Shown in pieces: positions 1 through 9,100 of a DNA stretch of 64,000 bases. The position numbers and the translations under genes are program-made. Below the pieces are notes generated by a model, which was not told the DNA's origin, did no database searches, and worked only from the letters and a program-made list of their open reading frames with translations. Position 1 is the stretch's first letter; every line of letters starts with the position of its first letter. Source of the DNA: an uncultured Planctomycetota bacterium (lineage in GTDB: Bacteria > Planctomycetota > Planctomycetia > Isosphaerales > Isosphaeraceae); the NCBI GenBank assembly GCA_963737655.1, contig CAVTTN010000002.1:3712001-3776000 (forward strand). The letters run 5' to 3'.

Positions 1-94
1 CGCCGGCCGTCCTCCGGGGAGGATCGGCCGGCTCTCTCTCCTGGATCGGGACGTCCACCCGATTTCTTCGGCACGACCGCCATCTTCGCTGGAA

Positions 95-475
95 TCAATA
101 CCCGGGTCGATAGACCCGCCTGGGCACCACCACGGTCGGCACCACCGGCGAATAGAACGTCGGGATGGGCGACGAGGGGAGCGTGGCGTAGGTCGTCGTG
201 GTGTAGATCGCCCGCGTCGGGACCCGGGAGACCACGCCGACCGGCATCGGCGCCACATAGGCCGTGTGGACGACCGAGGGGGCCACGAACGCCGTGGGCA
301 CCACCGTCGCCGGGCTCACGTAAGACGTCGGCGGAGCATACACGGTCTCCACCGGGCCGGTCACATAGGCCGGGCCGGTCACCACCACCCGCTTCCCGCC
401 GGCCTGGGCCGAGGAGGCGAGCGTCAGGACGACGGGGACCGCCGCAAGCACGAAGAGGCGATGGACGCGAGTCAT
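95..475 (-). CDS. Secreted low-complexity hypothetical protein (Val/Pro/Thr/Tyr-rich)
   Basis: Signal peptide ending SSAQA; repeated YVxP-like motifs; GGAGG-like RBS upstream on the minus strand. Confidence 0.7.
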   Translation of the reverse strand: MTRVHRLFVLAAVPVVLTLASSAQAGGKRVVVTGPAYVTGPVETVYAPPTSYVSPATVVPTAFVAPSVVHTAYVAPMPVGVVSRVPTRAIYTTTTYATLPSSPIPTFYSPVVPTVVVPRRVYRPGY

Positions 476-833
476 CGAGGGAGTCCTCCGAAAGCCGAAG
501 GGCGGAGGCCGGGGCCTCCGTCGCTCGTGGGATCATTCTCCACTAACACACCGAACAAGGTCAAGATTGCCCCGGCGGCACGGTCGCGACCCGGCCCCAA
601 GGCCGGGAGGGACCGAGGGTCTCGGCCAGCAAATCGCGTACGAAAGGGCCGGCAGAGTCGTCCCGGTCCGGCGAACTTGAGGCCAATTGCCCGGATTTCG
701 GCGGTTTCGCTCGATTCTAGAACCTGAATGGGTGGCTCGCAACCGAACGATCACGCGCCGATTGCCGCTCGGGTCGGGATATTCGTACAATGCCGATCGC
801 ACCATCGGCCGAGCGCGACCCCGGAGCGAGACG

Positions 834-1715
834 ATGTCCTCAGGCCCCGAGACCCCGACCCGCGACCCGTCCCACGGACACCGCCCCGGCCCGTCGAGCG
901 ACGTCCCCGCCTCGCTGAACCCGGAGACCGGCTGGCACGTCCTCCACCTGTTCTACAAGATCGACCGGAACATCCTGAAATCGCTGAGCGAGGCCGAGCG
1001 GACCCGAGGCCGAGAGGCGATCGCCCGCGCCCTCGACCCGTCGTCCCCGAGCTCGCCCGACCAGATCCAGGCGTTCGGGATGGTCGGCCACAAGGCGGAT
1101 TTCGGCGCGATGCTCGCCGGATCGGACCTGCGGAAGATCCACGACGTCCAGACGGCCATCCAGGCCTCGGAGATCGGCCCGGCGCTCGTGCCGACGTACT
1201 CGTTCACCTCGATCACCGAGGTCTCCGAGTACGTCCCGGATGCGGAAGCCTACGGCAAGATCCTCCGGGACCGCGAGGGCGTCGATCCCGAGACGCCGAT
1301 CTACAAGACGAAGCTTGAACAGTATGCCAAACGGCTCGAACCGATGAACCGCCAGAGGCTCTACCCCGAATTCCCCGCCTGGCCGTGCGTCTGTTTCTAC
1401 CCCATGAGCAAGACCAGGACCGAGGGGCAGAACTGGTACCTCGAACCCTTCGATCGCCGATCCGAGATGATGGCCCAGCACGGCAAGAGCGGCATGAAGT
1501 TCGCGGGACGGGTCTCCCAGCTGATCACCGCGTCCACCGGCCTGGACGATTGGGAGTGGGGCGTCACGCTCTGGGCGAAGAACCCGGCCTATTTGAAGGA
1601 AATCGTCTACGCGATGCGGTTCGACGAAAGCTCGGCCCGGTATGCCCTGTTCGGCCCGTTCTACCCCGGGTTCATCCTGCCGGCCGACGAGCTCCTCCGA
1701 TCTCTCCGCGTCTGA
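834..1715 (+). CDS. chdC: Coproheme decarboxylase / heme synthase (chlorite dismutase family)
   Basis: GWHVLHLFY, CFYPMSK, NWY, proximal His in MAQHG, distal Gln (SQLIT), GLDDWEWGVTL, MRFDESSARY; ATG at 834 with TACAAT upstream. Confidence 0.85.
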   Translation: MSSGPETPTRDPSHGHRPGPSSDVPASLNPETGWHVLHLFYKIDRNILKSLSEAERTRGREAIARALDPSSPSSPDQIQAFGMVGHKADFGAMLAGSDLRKIHDVQTAIQASEIGPALVPTYSFTSITEVSEYVPDAEAYGKILRDREGVDPETPIYKTKLEQYAKRLEPMNRQRLYPEFPAWPCVCFYPMSKTRTEGQNWYLEPFDRRSEMMAQHGKSGMKFAGRVSQLITASTGLDDWEWGVTLWAKNPAYLKEIVYAMRFDESSARYALFGPFYPGFILPADELLRSLRV

Positions 1716-1754
1716 CCCTTCGCCCAGGTTCCTTGATCCCCCGGAGGCGGCCCG

Positions 1755-2210
1755 ATGTGGACCTGCCCGAATTGCGAGGAAGCGCTCGACGACGAGTACG
1801 ACGTCTGCTGGGGCTGCGGGACGTCGGCCGACGGGACCGAGGACCCGATGTTCGAGACGGCCGACGAGGCCGAGGCGATCTATGACCAGGCCGAGGACTC
1901 CGAGTTCTCACCCGAGAAGGAGATCGAGGACGAGTTCGGCGAGCCTTTGCCCGATCTGGCCGAATGCTTCGTGGCCGAGAACGTGACCGAGGCCCGATTC
2001 GTCGCCGACCAGTTGCGGATGATCGGCATCCCGGCCGTCTCGGATCGCCACAGCCACGAACTCGGGTTCGGGATCGGGGCGATCCCGAACCTCTGGGGCT
2101 ATGGGCCCAAGGTCCGCGTCCGACCGGTCGACCTGTCCCGGGCGGCGACCTGGATCCACCAGTACCGGACGCGACGAGCGGAACGACGAAAGCGCGAAGA
2201 GGCCGAGTAG
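1755..2210 (+). CDS. Zn-ribbon + DUF2007-like putative signal transducing protein
   Basis: N-terminal WTCPNC..CWGCG; C-terminal EARFVADQLRMIGIPA..PKVRV..D..RA resembles DUF2007. Confidence 0.7.
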   Translation: MWTCPNCEEALDDEYDVCWGCGTSADGTEDPMFETADEAEAIYDQAEDSEFSPEKEIEDEFGEPLPDLAECFVAENVTEARFVADQLRMIGIPAVSDRHSHELGFGIGAIPNLWGYGPKVRVRPVDLSRAATWIHQYRTRRAERRKREEAE

Positions 2211-2252
2211 CCGGCCCTTTCCTCCCGACCGAACCCGACCGAGGACCAGACG

Positions 2253-2675
2253 ATGTGGACCTGTCCCAAATGCGGAGCGAAGGTGGACCCGTCCTTCGAG
2301 GTCTGCTGGCAATGCGGGACCTCCGCCGACGGGACCGAAGACCCGAGCTTCGTTTCGGCCGACCAGAGCGGGCCGATCGCCGACGAGTCGTCCGACCCGA
2401 TGGGCGGGGAGCTCCCGCCGGTCGAGGACGGCCCGGGAGGCGAGCTCGTGGCCTGCTACCAGGCGTTCAGCCTGATGGAGGCCCAGTTCCTCACCGACGA
2501 GCTCAAGGGCGAGGGGATCACGGCCGTCTGCGACGCCCAGGACATGCAGGACGCCATCGGCGGCTGGTCGGGCAACCCCCGGGTCTACTGCCACGAGTCC
2601 GACCTGCCCCGGGCCCGCGCGTTTCTCGAAGAATACGAGAAGAAGAAGGCCGGTCACAACCCGCTCGAATCATGA
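2253..2675 (+). CDS. Zn-ribbon + DUF2007-like protein (tandem paralog)
   Basis: WTCPKC..CWQCGTSADGTEDP; EAQFLTDELKGEGITA..PRVYCHESDLPRARAFL. Confidence 0.72.
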   Translation: MWTCPKCGAKVDPSFEVCWQCGTSADGTEDPSFVSADQSGPIADESSDPMGGELPPVEDGPGGELVACYQAFSLMEAQFLTDELKGEGITAVCDAQDMQDAIGGWSGNPRVYCHESDLPRARAFLEEYEKKKAGHNPLES

Positions 2676-2688
2676 TCGAATGCCGATC

Positions 2689-2715
2689 CCCCGACGGGCC
2701 GGGCCCGCCGGGGGA
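2689..2715. terminator. GC-rich hairpin between convergent genes
   Basis: ccccgacgggcc / ggcccgccgggg near-perfect inverted repeat between stops at 2675 and 2729. Confidence 0.45.
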
Positions 2716-2728
2716 CGGTTCGGGTCGG

Positions 2729-3616
2729 TCATGCCTTCGCGGGATCGGTTCGGCCCTCGGCCGCCTTCTTCCTGCGGTGGCGATGGACGAAGTATGCCCC
2801 TCCCAGGGCCACGAGGGTGAGCGACGCCGGCTCCGGCACCGACGACGCATAGCCGATCCTCACCCCCTCGCTCGACGGGTCGGGCGTGACGCCGATGTCG
2901 AACACGGCCGCCTCGTAGCTGTCATTCGTGACGTCGCCGAGGTCCAGGATGTAGGTCTGTCCCGGGTCGATCGAGATCAGCGACAGCGGCGAGATGCTGC
3001 TCAGCCCCAATTCCGTGTCGATCAAATTGTTCAGGCTCGCGCTGTCCGTGCCGAACAGGCTGGACGCCAGGTTGCCCGACGCCTTCAGGTCGCCGAGATA
3101 GACCGTTTGCGCCTCGTTGTTGGTGATTTCCAGGAGGCCGGTCGAAACTCCGGCGCCACCGCCGCCACCTTTCTTGGGGACCTTGTCGAGCTTGACATCC
3201 ACGTCCTTGAGATTGATTTTCCGGTTGGCGCCGACGGGGTATTCCCATTCGCCCGCGACGATCTTGGAGACCCCGGCCTTGGGCGGGACGAGGGCGACGA
3301 CGCCCCGGTCGGTCTTGCCGGCGGGCACGCCGCCCTTGTCGAACTCGACCCCGGTCTTGGCCGCGTTCAGGGCGGCCCGGGTGAAGTAATCGCGGGACCG
3401 GGCGATCGGGTCGCCGGCCTTGTCGGTCGCCACGTTGGTGTTGAAATCGAGGTTCAACTGGATGGCGACCTTCTTCGCCGGGTCGTCGTTCTTCAGGTCG
3501 TAGAACGCATAGTCGTAGCCGGCCCGGACCGGGCCCGCCAGCAGCGAGCCCACGATCACCAGGCCCATCGAGCCCAGGCCCACGAACAGCTTCCCCAGAC
3601 GGCGACGTCTTCGCAT
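2729..3616 (-). CDS. PEP-CTERM sorting domain protein
   Basis: Signal peptide (..PVRAG); C-terminal VPEPASLTLVALGGAYFVHRHRRKK. Confidence 0.88.
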   Translation of the reverse strand: MRRRRRLGKLFVGLGSMGLVIVGSLLAGPVRAGYDYAFYDLKNDDPAKKVAIQLNLDFNTNVATDKAGDPIARSRDYFTRAALNAAKTGVEFDKGGVPAGKTDRGVVALVPPKAGVSKIVAGEWEYPVGANRKINLKDVDVKLDKVPKKGGGGGAGVSTGLLEITNNEAQTVYLGDLKASGNLASSLFGTDSASLNNLIDTELGLSSISPLSLISIDPGQTYILDLGDVTNDSYEAAVFDIGVTPDPSSEGVRIGYASSVPEPASLTLVALGGAYFVHRHRRKKAAEGRTDPAKA

Positions 3617-3776
3617 CGGGAGACCTCCTCGGGCGGAGGAGACCGATGCGGCCCCCTCTCGCCCTTCGATACGGTGGCCCGATCAGGCCATTCCGTCCGT
3701 CGGAGGCGATGTTGACGAAGCCCACACGGACGAGGCGTCCGGAAATCACGGATGAGGCGTCGTCGCCTCGCGATGT

Positions 3777-3815
3777 CCCGGATCGGGCCCTCCGCCAGTA
3801 AGGGCCCGATCCGGG
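3777..3815 (-). terminator. 15-bp perfect stem-loop downstream of the WD40 gene
   Basis: cccggatcgggccct-N9-agggcccgatccggg just past the stop at 3830; no U-tract. Confidence 0.5.
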
Positions 3816-3829
3816 TTCTCGCGGATCGA

Positions 3830-6574
3830 TCAGGGGACGTTGAAGAGATACGCCTTGTTGTCCGAGGCCGCCACGCCGATCTGCTTGCCGTCCGGGCTCC
3901 AGGCGATCCCGTAACAGGGGGTATTGTTGCCGATTTTTTGCTGGAAGATCGGCTTGCCGGCGTCCACGTCCCAGACGAACAGGTTGCCGCCGTATCCGAT
4001 CGAGGCGAGCCTCTTGCCGTCGGGGCTGAAGGCGACGCCGTAGACGTCGTCCGGATGGCCGGAGTAGGAGCGGATTTCCTTGGCGTCGGCCACGTTCCAG
4101 AGCCGGATCGTCTTATCGACCGAGCCGCTGGCGATCATCGCGCCTTCGGGCGGTCGGAAGGCCAGGCAATAGACCTGCGCGGCGTGGCCGGCGGCCTTGC
4201 GGAGCTCCTTGCCGTCGGCCGGGTTCCAGAACTTCACGAGCTTGTCGTCCCCGGCCGAGGCGATCACGTCCCCCTTGGGCCCGAAGGCGACGGCGTACAC
4301 GACGTTGTCGTGGGCCTTCTCGATGACCCGTTCCTGGGCACCCTTCTCGACGTCCCAGACGCGGATGCTCTTGTCCGCCGCGCCGGTCACGGCCTTCTTG
4401 CTGTCGGGCGACCAGCCCACGCTGTAGACCTGGCCGGCATGGCCCGCCAGGTTCTTGAACGCGCCGGGCGGGGTGAGCGCGTACACCCTCGCCGCCTTGT
4501 CCTCGGAGCCGGTCAGGAGCGTTTGATTGTCCGGCAGGAAGCCCAGGGCGAGGACCGGGCCGCCGAATCCGCCGATCGCCTGGAGCTCGGCCTTCGCCGG
4601 GTCGGGCGTCGCGATGTCGAAGATCCTGGTCGAGGGCGGGTCCGAGAGGCCGGCGGCGAGCGTCTTGTTGTCGTTCGTCACGGCCAGGGAAAAGACCGGC
4701 CCCCCGGCCTGATACGTGAGCATCGGCTGGCCGTTGCCCGCGTTCCACGTCTTGATCGTCTTATCGCTCGATCCGGTGATCAGCTTCTGCTGGTCCTTCG
4801 TGTAGAGGACCGCGCGGACGGCGTCGCCGAAGCCGCCGATGTTGCGGACCTCGTTGCCGCCGTTCACGTCGAAGATCCGGCACGTCTTGTCGGCCGATCC
4901 GGTGGCGATCTGCGAGCCGTTGGGGTGGATCGCCACGGAGAAGATCGGCCCCTGGTGGCCGGCGAACACGCGGACGGCCGCCGGCTTCCAGACCCGGATC
5001 TTGTTGTCGGCCCCGGCCGAGACGACCTGGGCGTTGTCGGGCAGGATCGCCAGGCCCGCGATGGCCGAGCCGTGGGCGGAGAGGTCCTGGAGTTCCCTCG
5101 GCGCCTCGGGCTTGCTCACGTCCCAGAACCGGACGAGGTTGTCCGCCCCTCCGGTGCTCACGCGGTTGTTGTCGCCCGAGATGGCGACGGCCTTGACCGG
5201 CCCGCCGTGACCCGGCAGGGTGCTCAGCAACTTCGCGTCGCCGGTCTGGAACACCCGGGCGGCCTTGTCGTCGGAGCCCGTGATCAGCCTCCCGCCGTCT
5301 CGCGAGACCGCCAGGGCCGAGACGGCTTCGCCGTGCCCTCCGAAGTCGCGGAACGGCTTGCCTTCGCCCAGGTTCCACGCCTTCGCCAGCTTGTCGGCCG
5401 AGGCGGAGAAGAGCTGGTTGCCGTCGCCCGGATGCCAGGCCAGGGCGTTGATCCGGCCGCCGTGGCCGCCCATCGCCTTGACTTCCTTGCCCTCGCCGAC
5501 GGAATACAGCCGGATCTGGTTGTCCTCGCCGGCCGAGGCCACGCGAGACCCGTCGGGCTGGAGGGCCAGGGCCGTGATCGGCGCCGGCAGGTTCTCGAAT
5601 TTCTTGACCTCGTTGCCGTCGCCCACGTTGCAGACGCGGACCACCTTGTTCGCCAGGGCGAAAGCGACCTGGTTGCCGTCGGACCTCAGCGCCAAGGCGA
5701 CGATCGGCTGATCGGGCGCCGGGATTTCCTTGATCAGGTTGCCGTCGGCGGCGTTCCAGATGCGGACCACCTTGTCATCGCCGGCGGTGGCGATCTTCTG
5801 GCCGTCCGGGGTCGAGGCGAACGCCTTGATCGGCCCCTTGGCATCGACGACCTTCGGCTCGATCAGGGGCAACTGCCAGAGGCGGGCGAGGCCATCGGAA
5901 CCGGCGGAGATCAACTGCGAGTTGTTCGGGTGGAAGACGAGGCCGAGGGTGGAGTCGGTCGGCGTCTCGATCACGCCCTGAGGCGCGCCGTCGCCGGGGT
6001 TCCAGAGGCGGATGCTCCGGGCCTTGTCGCCCGAGGCGACCTGTCCGCCGTCGTTCCGCCAGGCGAGCGACTCGACGTCGCCGTTATGGCCGTTGAGGAC
6101 CTGGGCGTTCGGCGCCTGGAGGTCCCAGAGTTCGACCGTCTTGCCCACGGCCAGGGCCGACTTCTTGCCGCCCGGGTCCAGGGCGAGCGCGTGGATCCCG
6201 GCCGGCTGCCCGGCGAGTTCCTTGGACGGCCCTCCTCCGGGACGAAGCCAGACCTTGGCCGTCTTGTCCAGGCTCCCCGAGAGGATGTACTTGTTGTCCG
6301 GGCTCGGCGACACCGAGAGGACGAGGCTGGAATGGCCGTCGAACTTCTTCTGTTCCTTGCGGCTGGTGGCATCCCAGACGCGGACGGTGTTGTCAAACCC
6401 GCCGGTGACGATCGCCTTGCCATCCGGGGTCCAGGCGATCGAATAGACCGGCTCGACATGTCCATCCAGCGTGCCGACCAGGGCCGCCTGCTGGGCCAGG
6501 GCCACGCCGGTGGTCGCCAGCGCCAGGGCGGTGGCCATCAGGAACCGAGTTCGGGCGGACGAGAGGCGGCGCAT
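3830..6574 (-). CDS. Secreted WD40-repeat protein (about three beta-propellers)
   Basis: Signal peptide; about 20 GH..(W/F)SPDG..(S/T)GS.DKT.R.WD repeats over 914 aa. Confidence 0.92.
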   Translation of the reverse strand: MRRLSSARTRFLMATALALATTGVALAQQAALVGTLDGHVEPVYSIAWTPDGKAIVTGGFDNTVRVWDATSRKEQKKFDGHSSLVLSVSPSPDNKYILSGSLDKTAKVWLRPGGGPSKELAGQPAGIHALALDPGGKKSALAVGKTVELWDLQAPNAQVLNGHNGDVESLAWRNDGGQVASGDKARSIRLWNPGDGAPQGVIETPTDSTLGLVFHPNNSQLISAGSDGLARLWQLPLIEPKVVDAKGPIKAFASTPDGQKIATAGDDKVVRIWNAADGNLIKEIPAPDQPIVALALRSDGNQVAFALANKVVRVCNVGDGNEVKKFENLPAPITALALQPDGSRVASAGEDNQIRLYSVGEGKEVKAMGGHGGRINALAWHPGDGNQLFSASADKLAKAWNLGEGKPFRDFGGHGEAVSALAVSRDGGRLITGSDDKAARVFQTGDAKLLSTLPGHGGPVKAVAISGDNNRVSTGGADNLVRFWDVSKPEAPRELQDLSAHGSAIAGLAILPDNAQVVSAGADNKIRVWKPAAVRVFAGHQGPIFSVAIHPNGSQIATGSADKTCRIFDVNGGNEVRNIGGFGDAVRAVLYTKDQQKLITGSSDKTIKTWNAGNGQPMLTYQAGGPVFSLAVTNDNKTLAAGLSDPPSTRIFDIATPDPAKAELQAIGGFGGPVLALGFLPDNQTLLTGSEDKAARVYALTPPGAFKNLAGHAGQVYSVGWSPDSKKAVTGAADKSIRVWDVEKGAQERVIEKAHDNVVYAVAFGPKGDVIASAGDDKLVKFWNPADGKELRKAAGHAAQVYCLAFRPPEGAMIASGSVDKTIRLWNVADAKEIRSYSGHPDDVYGVAFSPDGKRLASIGYGGNLFVWDVDAGKPIFQQKIGNNTPCYGIAWSPDGKQIGVAASDNKAYLFNVP

Positions 6575-6891
6575 GGGGCGGGCTCCGTTGAGGAAGGATT
6601 CGAGGGGTCCGCCCGGCCTGGTGGGATCGCGAGACGGCCGGGTCGGCGGTCATGCGCCGCCCGGGGGATCGCTCCGGGACGGGAGACCGCATCCCGCCGA
6701 ACATAGACGCCGGGACGCCCCGATGCAACCGGGTAGGCGATCGGGAATCGGGGGCGAAGCCCCCTCGGACGGCGTCAGAAACCCCGTAGCTCGACTGGAC
6801 ATCCCGCGGCCTCGCCGTTACAAGACAGAGGCGCCGGACTGCCGAAACTTCGCCGGCGCCCGACGATCGGCCCCTCCCCTCGCCAGGCCCC

Positions 6892-7884
6892 ATGACCACG
6901 CCCCATCCCCCGCTTCACCCCCTGCGGTTCGAGCCGATCCTCAAGCGCCTCCTCTGGGGCGGGCGGAGGCTGGGGAGCCTCCTGAACAAGCCGTTGGGCG
7001 ACGCGGCCGATTATGCCGAGAGCTGGGAGATTTCCGACCATCGCGGCGACGTGAGCCGGGTGGCCGAAGGGCCGCTCGCGGGTTCCGACCTCCGAACCCT
7101 CCTCCGCGAGAGGGGCCCGGAACTCCTGGGCGAATCGCTCGCCGGGGCCTCGCAATTCCCCTTGCTCGTCAAGTTCCTCGACGCTCATCAGGTGCTCTCG
7201 ATCCAGGTCCACCCCGACGACGAGCGAGGCCGGGAGCTGGCCGACGACAACGGCAAGACCGAAGCGTGGGTGATCGTCCACGCCGAGCCCGGAAGCCGGA
7301 TCTACGCCGGATTGCGGCCCGGAGTGACCCGGGAGGCGTTCGCCCGGGCGCTGAAGACCGGCGAGGTCGAGCCGCTGATCCATCGGTTCGAGCCCGAGGC
7401 CGGCGATTGCATCCTGATCCCCGCCGGGACGGTCCATGCCATCGGCGCCGGGATCGTCCTGGCCGAGATCCAGCAGATGTCCGACGCCACGTTCCGCGTC
7501 CACGACTGGAACCGGGTCGGCCCCGACGGCCGCCCCCGGGCCCTCCACGAGGCGGAGGCCCTGGCCTCCACGGACTTTGACGCCGGGCCGGTCGATCCGC
7601 TGGTGACGACGCCCGAGGCGATCGCGGGAGGAGTCCGCGAGCGCCTGGCCCGTTGCGATTACTTCGCCCTGGAGCGATTGAAGCTGGGCGGCCCCTCCGC
7701 CGTCGGCTCTCCCGGGCGATTCACGATCCTCCTGGGCCTCGAAGGCGAGGCGGAGGTCGAGCACGGCGGCCGGTCCTGGCCGCTGCCCCGGGGCGGGAGC
7801 CTGTTGTTGCCGGCGAGCCTCGGCCTCGTGCCCGTCCGGCCGGTCGGCGGCGAGGCGACGGTGCTTTCGTGCGTGGTCCCCTGA
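6892..7884 (+). CDS. manA: Mannose-6-phosphate isomerase, class I
   Basis: LWGG, ESWE, FPLLVKFLDA, LSIQVHPDD, GKTEAW, PAGTVHAIG, EIQQMSD. Confidence 0.92.
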   Translation: MTTPHPPLHPLRFEPILKRLLWGGRRLGSLLNKPLGDAADYAESWEISDHRGDVSRVAEGPLAGSDLRTLLRERGPELLGESLAGASQFPLLVKFLDAHQVLSIQVHPDDERGRELADDNGKTEAWVIVHAEPGSRIYAGLRPGVTREAFARALKTGEVEPLIHRFEPEAGDCILIPAGTVHAIGAGIVLAEIQQMSDATFRVHDWNRVGPDGRPRALHEAEALASTDFDAGPVDPLVTTPEAIAGGVRERLARCDYFALERLKLGGPSAVGSPGRFTILLGLEGEAEVEHGGRSWPLPRGGSLLLPASLGLVPVRPVGGEATVLSCVVP

Positions 7885-7901
7885 ACCGAGGTCGCCGACC
7901 G

Positions 7902-9053
7902 ATGGACGTCCCCCCCGCCCCGCCGGCCCCGACGACGCCCCGGCCCTGGATGCGCCTCCTCCGAGGCCCCGGCATGGCGATGGACCCCAAGAAGCTCGTC
8001 CTGGCCGCCGTCGGCCTGGGCCTCTTGCGGCTCGGCTGGGAGCTCCTCGACCGTCTCTTCGCCCGGGCCGAGGGGATGGGCGGCGGGTTCCACCCCCACC
8101 TGCTCTACGACGACATCCCCGGCCTCCAGGGCGTCCTGGAGATGGCCGCCGAACGGATCACCGAGCCGTACCGCCTGCTGATCGCCCCGTTTCAGGCCGT
8201 CTTCGCCGTGGGTCGCGGCCCGGTCGCGTTCCTCCACGCGGCCCTCGCGGCGGTCTGGGCCGTGACGGTCTGGGGGATCATCGGCGGGGCGATCGCGAGG
8301 ATCGCGGCCGTCCAGCTCGTCTCGGGCGAGAGGCTCGGCATCTTCCCGGCCCTGGGATTCGCCCGCAAGAAGGCCCTCGCCCTGATCGGGACGCCGCTGT
8401 GCCCGATGATCGGCCTGGGCTTCTTCGCCTGCCTCTGCGCCCTGATGGGCCTCCTCTATCAAATTCCCGGGCCCATCGGCGTGACGGTGGCCGGGCTGTT
8501 CGCGTTCCTGCCCTTGCTGGCCGGCCTGGTCATGGCCCTGATCGTCGTGGGGCTGGCCGTGGGCTGGCCCATGATGGTGGCCACGGTCGCCGTCGAGGCC
8601 GAGGACGTCTTCGACGCCCTGAGCCGGTCGTACAGTTATACCTATCAACGGGGCGGCCGATACGCGGCGATGATCGCGGTCTCCTGGCTTTTCGGGACGG
8701 TCGGGCTCGCCGTGGTCTGGATGTTCGCCGCGTTGGTCGTCCACATGGCCCGCTGGGGACTGGCGTTCGGCGCCCCGGATGGCCGCCTCCTCGGACTCTT
8801 CGCCGGCAATCCCGATTTCGGAGCGAACGCCGCGGGCCTCCACTCCATGTGGCTCTATCTCGTCCGCCTGCTGGCGCAGGGCTGGATCTACGCCTATTTC
8901 TGGACCTCGGCCACGATCATCTATTTCTTGCTCCGGCTCGACGTCGACGGAACCCCCCTGGACGACCTCGGCGGCCGGGATGACGAGATCGACGACTTCG
9001 CCCCCTCGCCCGAGACGCCCGAAAAATCGCCGACGGAAGGGGAGGTGGCGTAA
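7902..9053 (+). CDS. Multi-pass membrane protein, hypothetical
   Basis: Several hydrophobic segments; FDALSRSYSY and IYFLLRLDVDG motifs; ATG 18 nt after the manA stop. Confidence 0.75.
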   Translation: MDVPPAPPAPTTPRPWMRLLRGPGMAMDPKKLVLAAVGLGLLRLGWELLDRLFARAEGMGGGFHPHLLYDDIPGLQGVLEMAAERITEPYRLLIAPFQAVFAVGRGPVAFLHAALAAVWAVTVWGIIGGAIARIAAVQLVSGERLGIFPALGFARKKALALIGTPLCPMIGLGFFACLCALMGLLYQIPGPIGVTVAGLFAFLPLLAGLVMALIVVGLAVGWPMMVATVAVEAEDVFDALSRSYSYTYQRGGRYAAMIAVSWLFGTVGLAVVWMFAALVVHMARWGLAFGAPDGRLLGLFAGNPDFGANAAGLHSMWLYLVRLLAQGWIYAYFWTSATIIYFLLRLDVDGTPLDDLGGRDDEIDDFAPSPETPEKSPTEGEVA

Positions 9054-9062
9054 GTCCTCGCG

Positions 9063-9093
9063 GGGCCGAGTGCGCGAGACGCACCCTCGGCCC
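9063..9093. terminator. Hairpin between convergent genes, with a REP-like core (GTGCG..CGCACCC)
   Basis: gggccgag/ctcggccc outer stem and gtgcg/cgcac inner stem. Confidence 0.4.
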
Positions 9094-9100
9094 ATGAGCT

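Noticed and set aside
3752..6706. 984-aa plus-strand ORF (and similar long ORFs at 35703-38954, 40586-42589, 55423-57567, 59847-62726, 1964-3715)
   Set aside because: Antisense or off-frame shadows of well-supported genes; stop-poor because of high GC3; Arg/Gly/Pro-rich with no motifs.
6575..6891. Riboswitch or ncRNA in longer intergenic regions (also 476-833, 21424-21776, 58974-59205)
   Set aside because: No recognisable conserved RNA motif; these are ordinary divergent promoter regions. An Rfam scan would be needed to exclude it.
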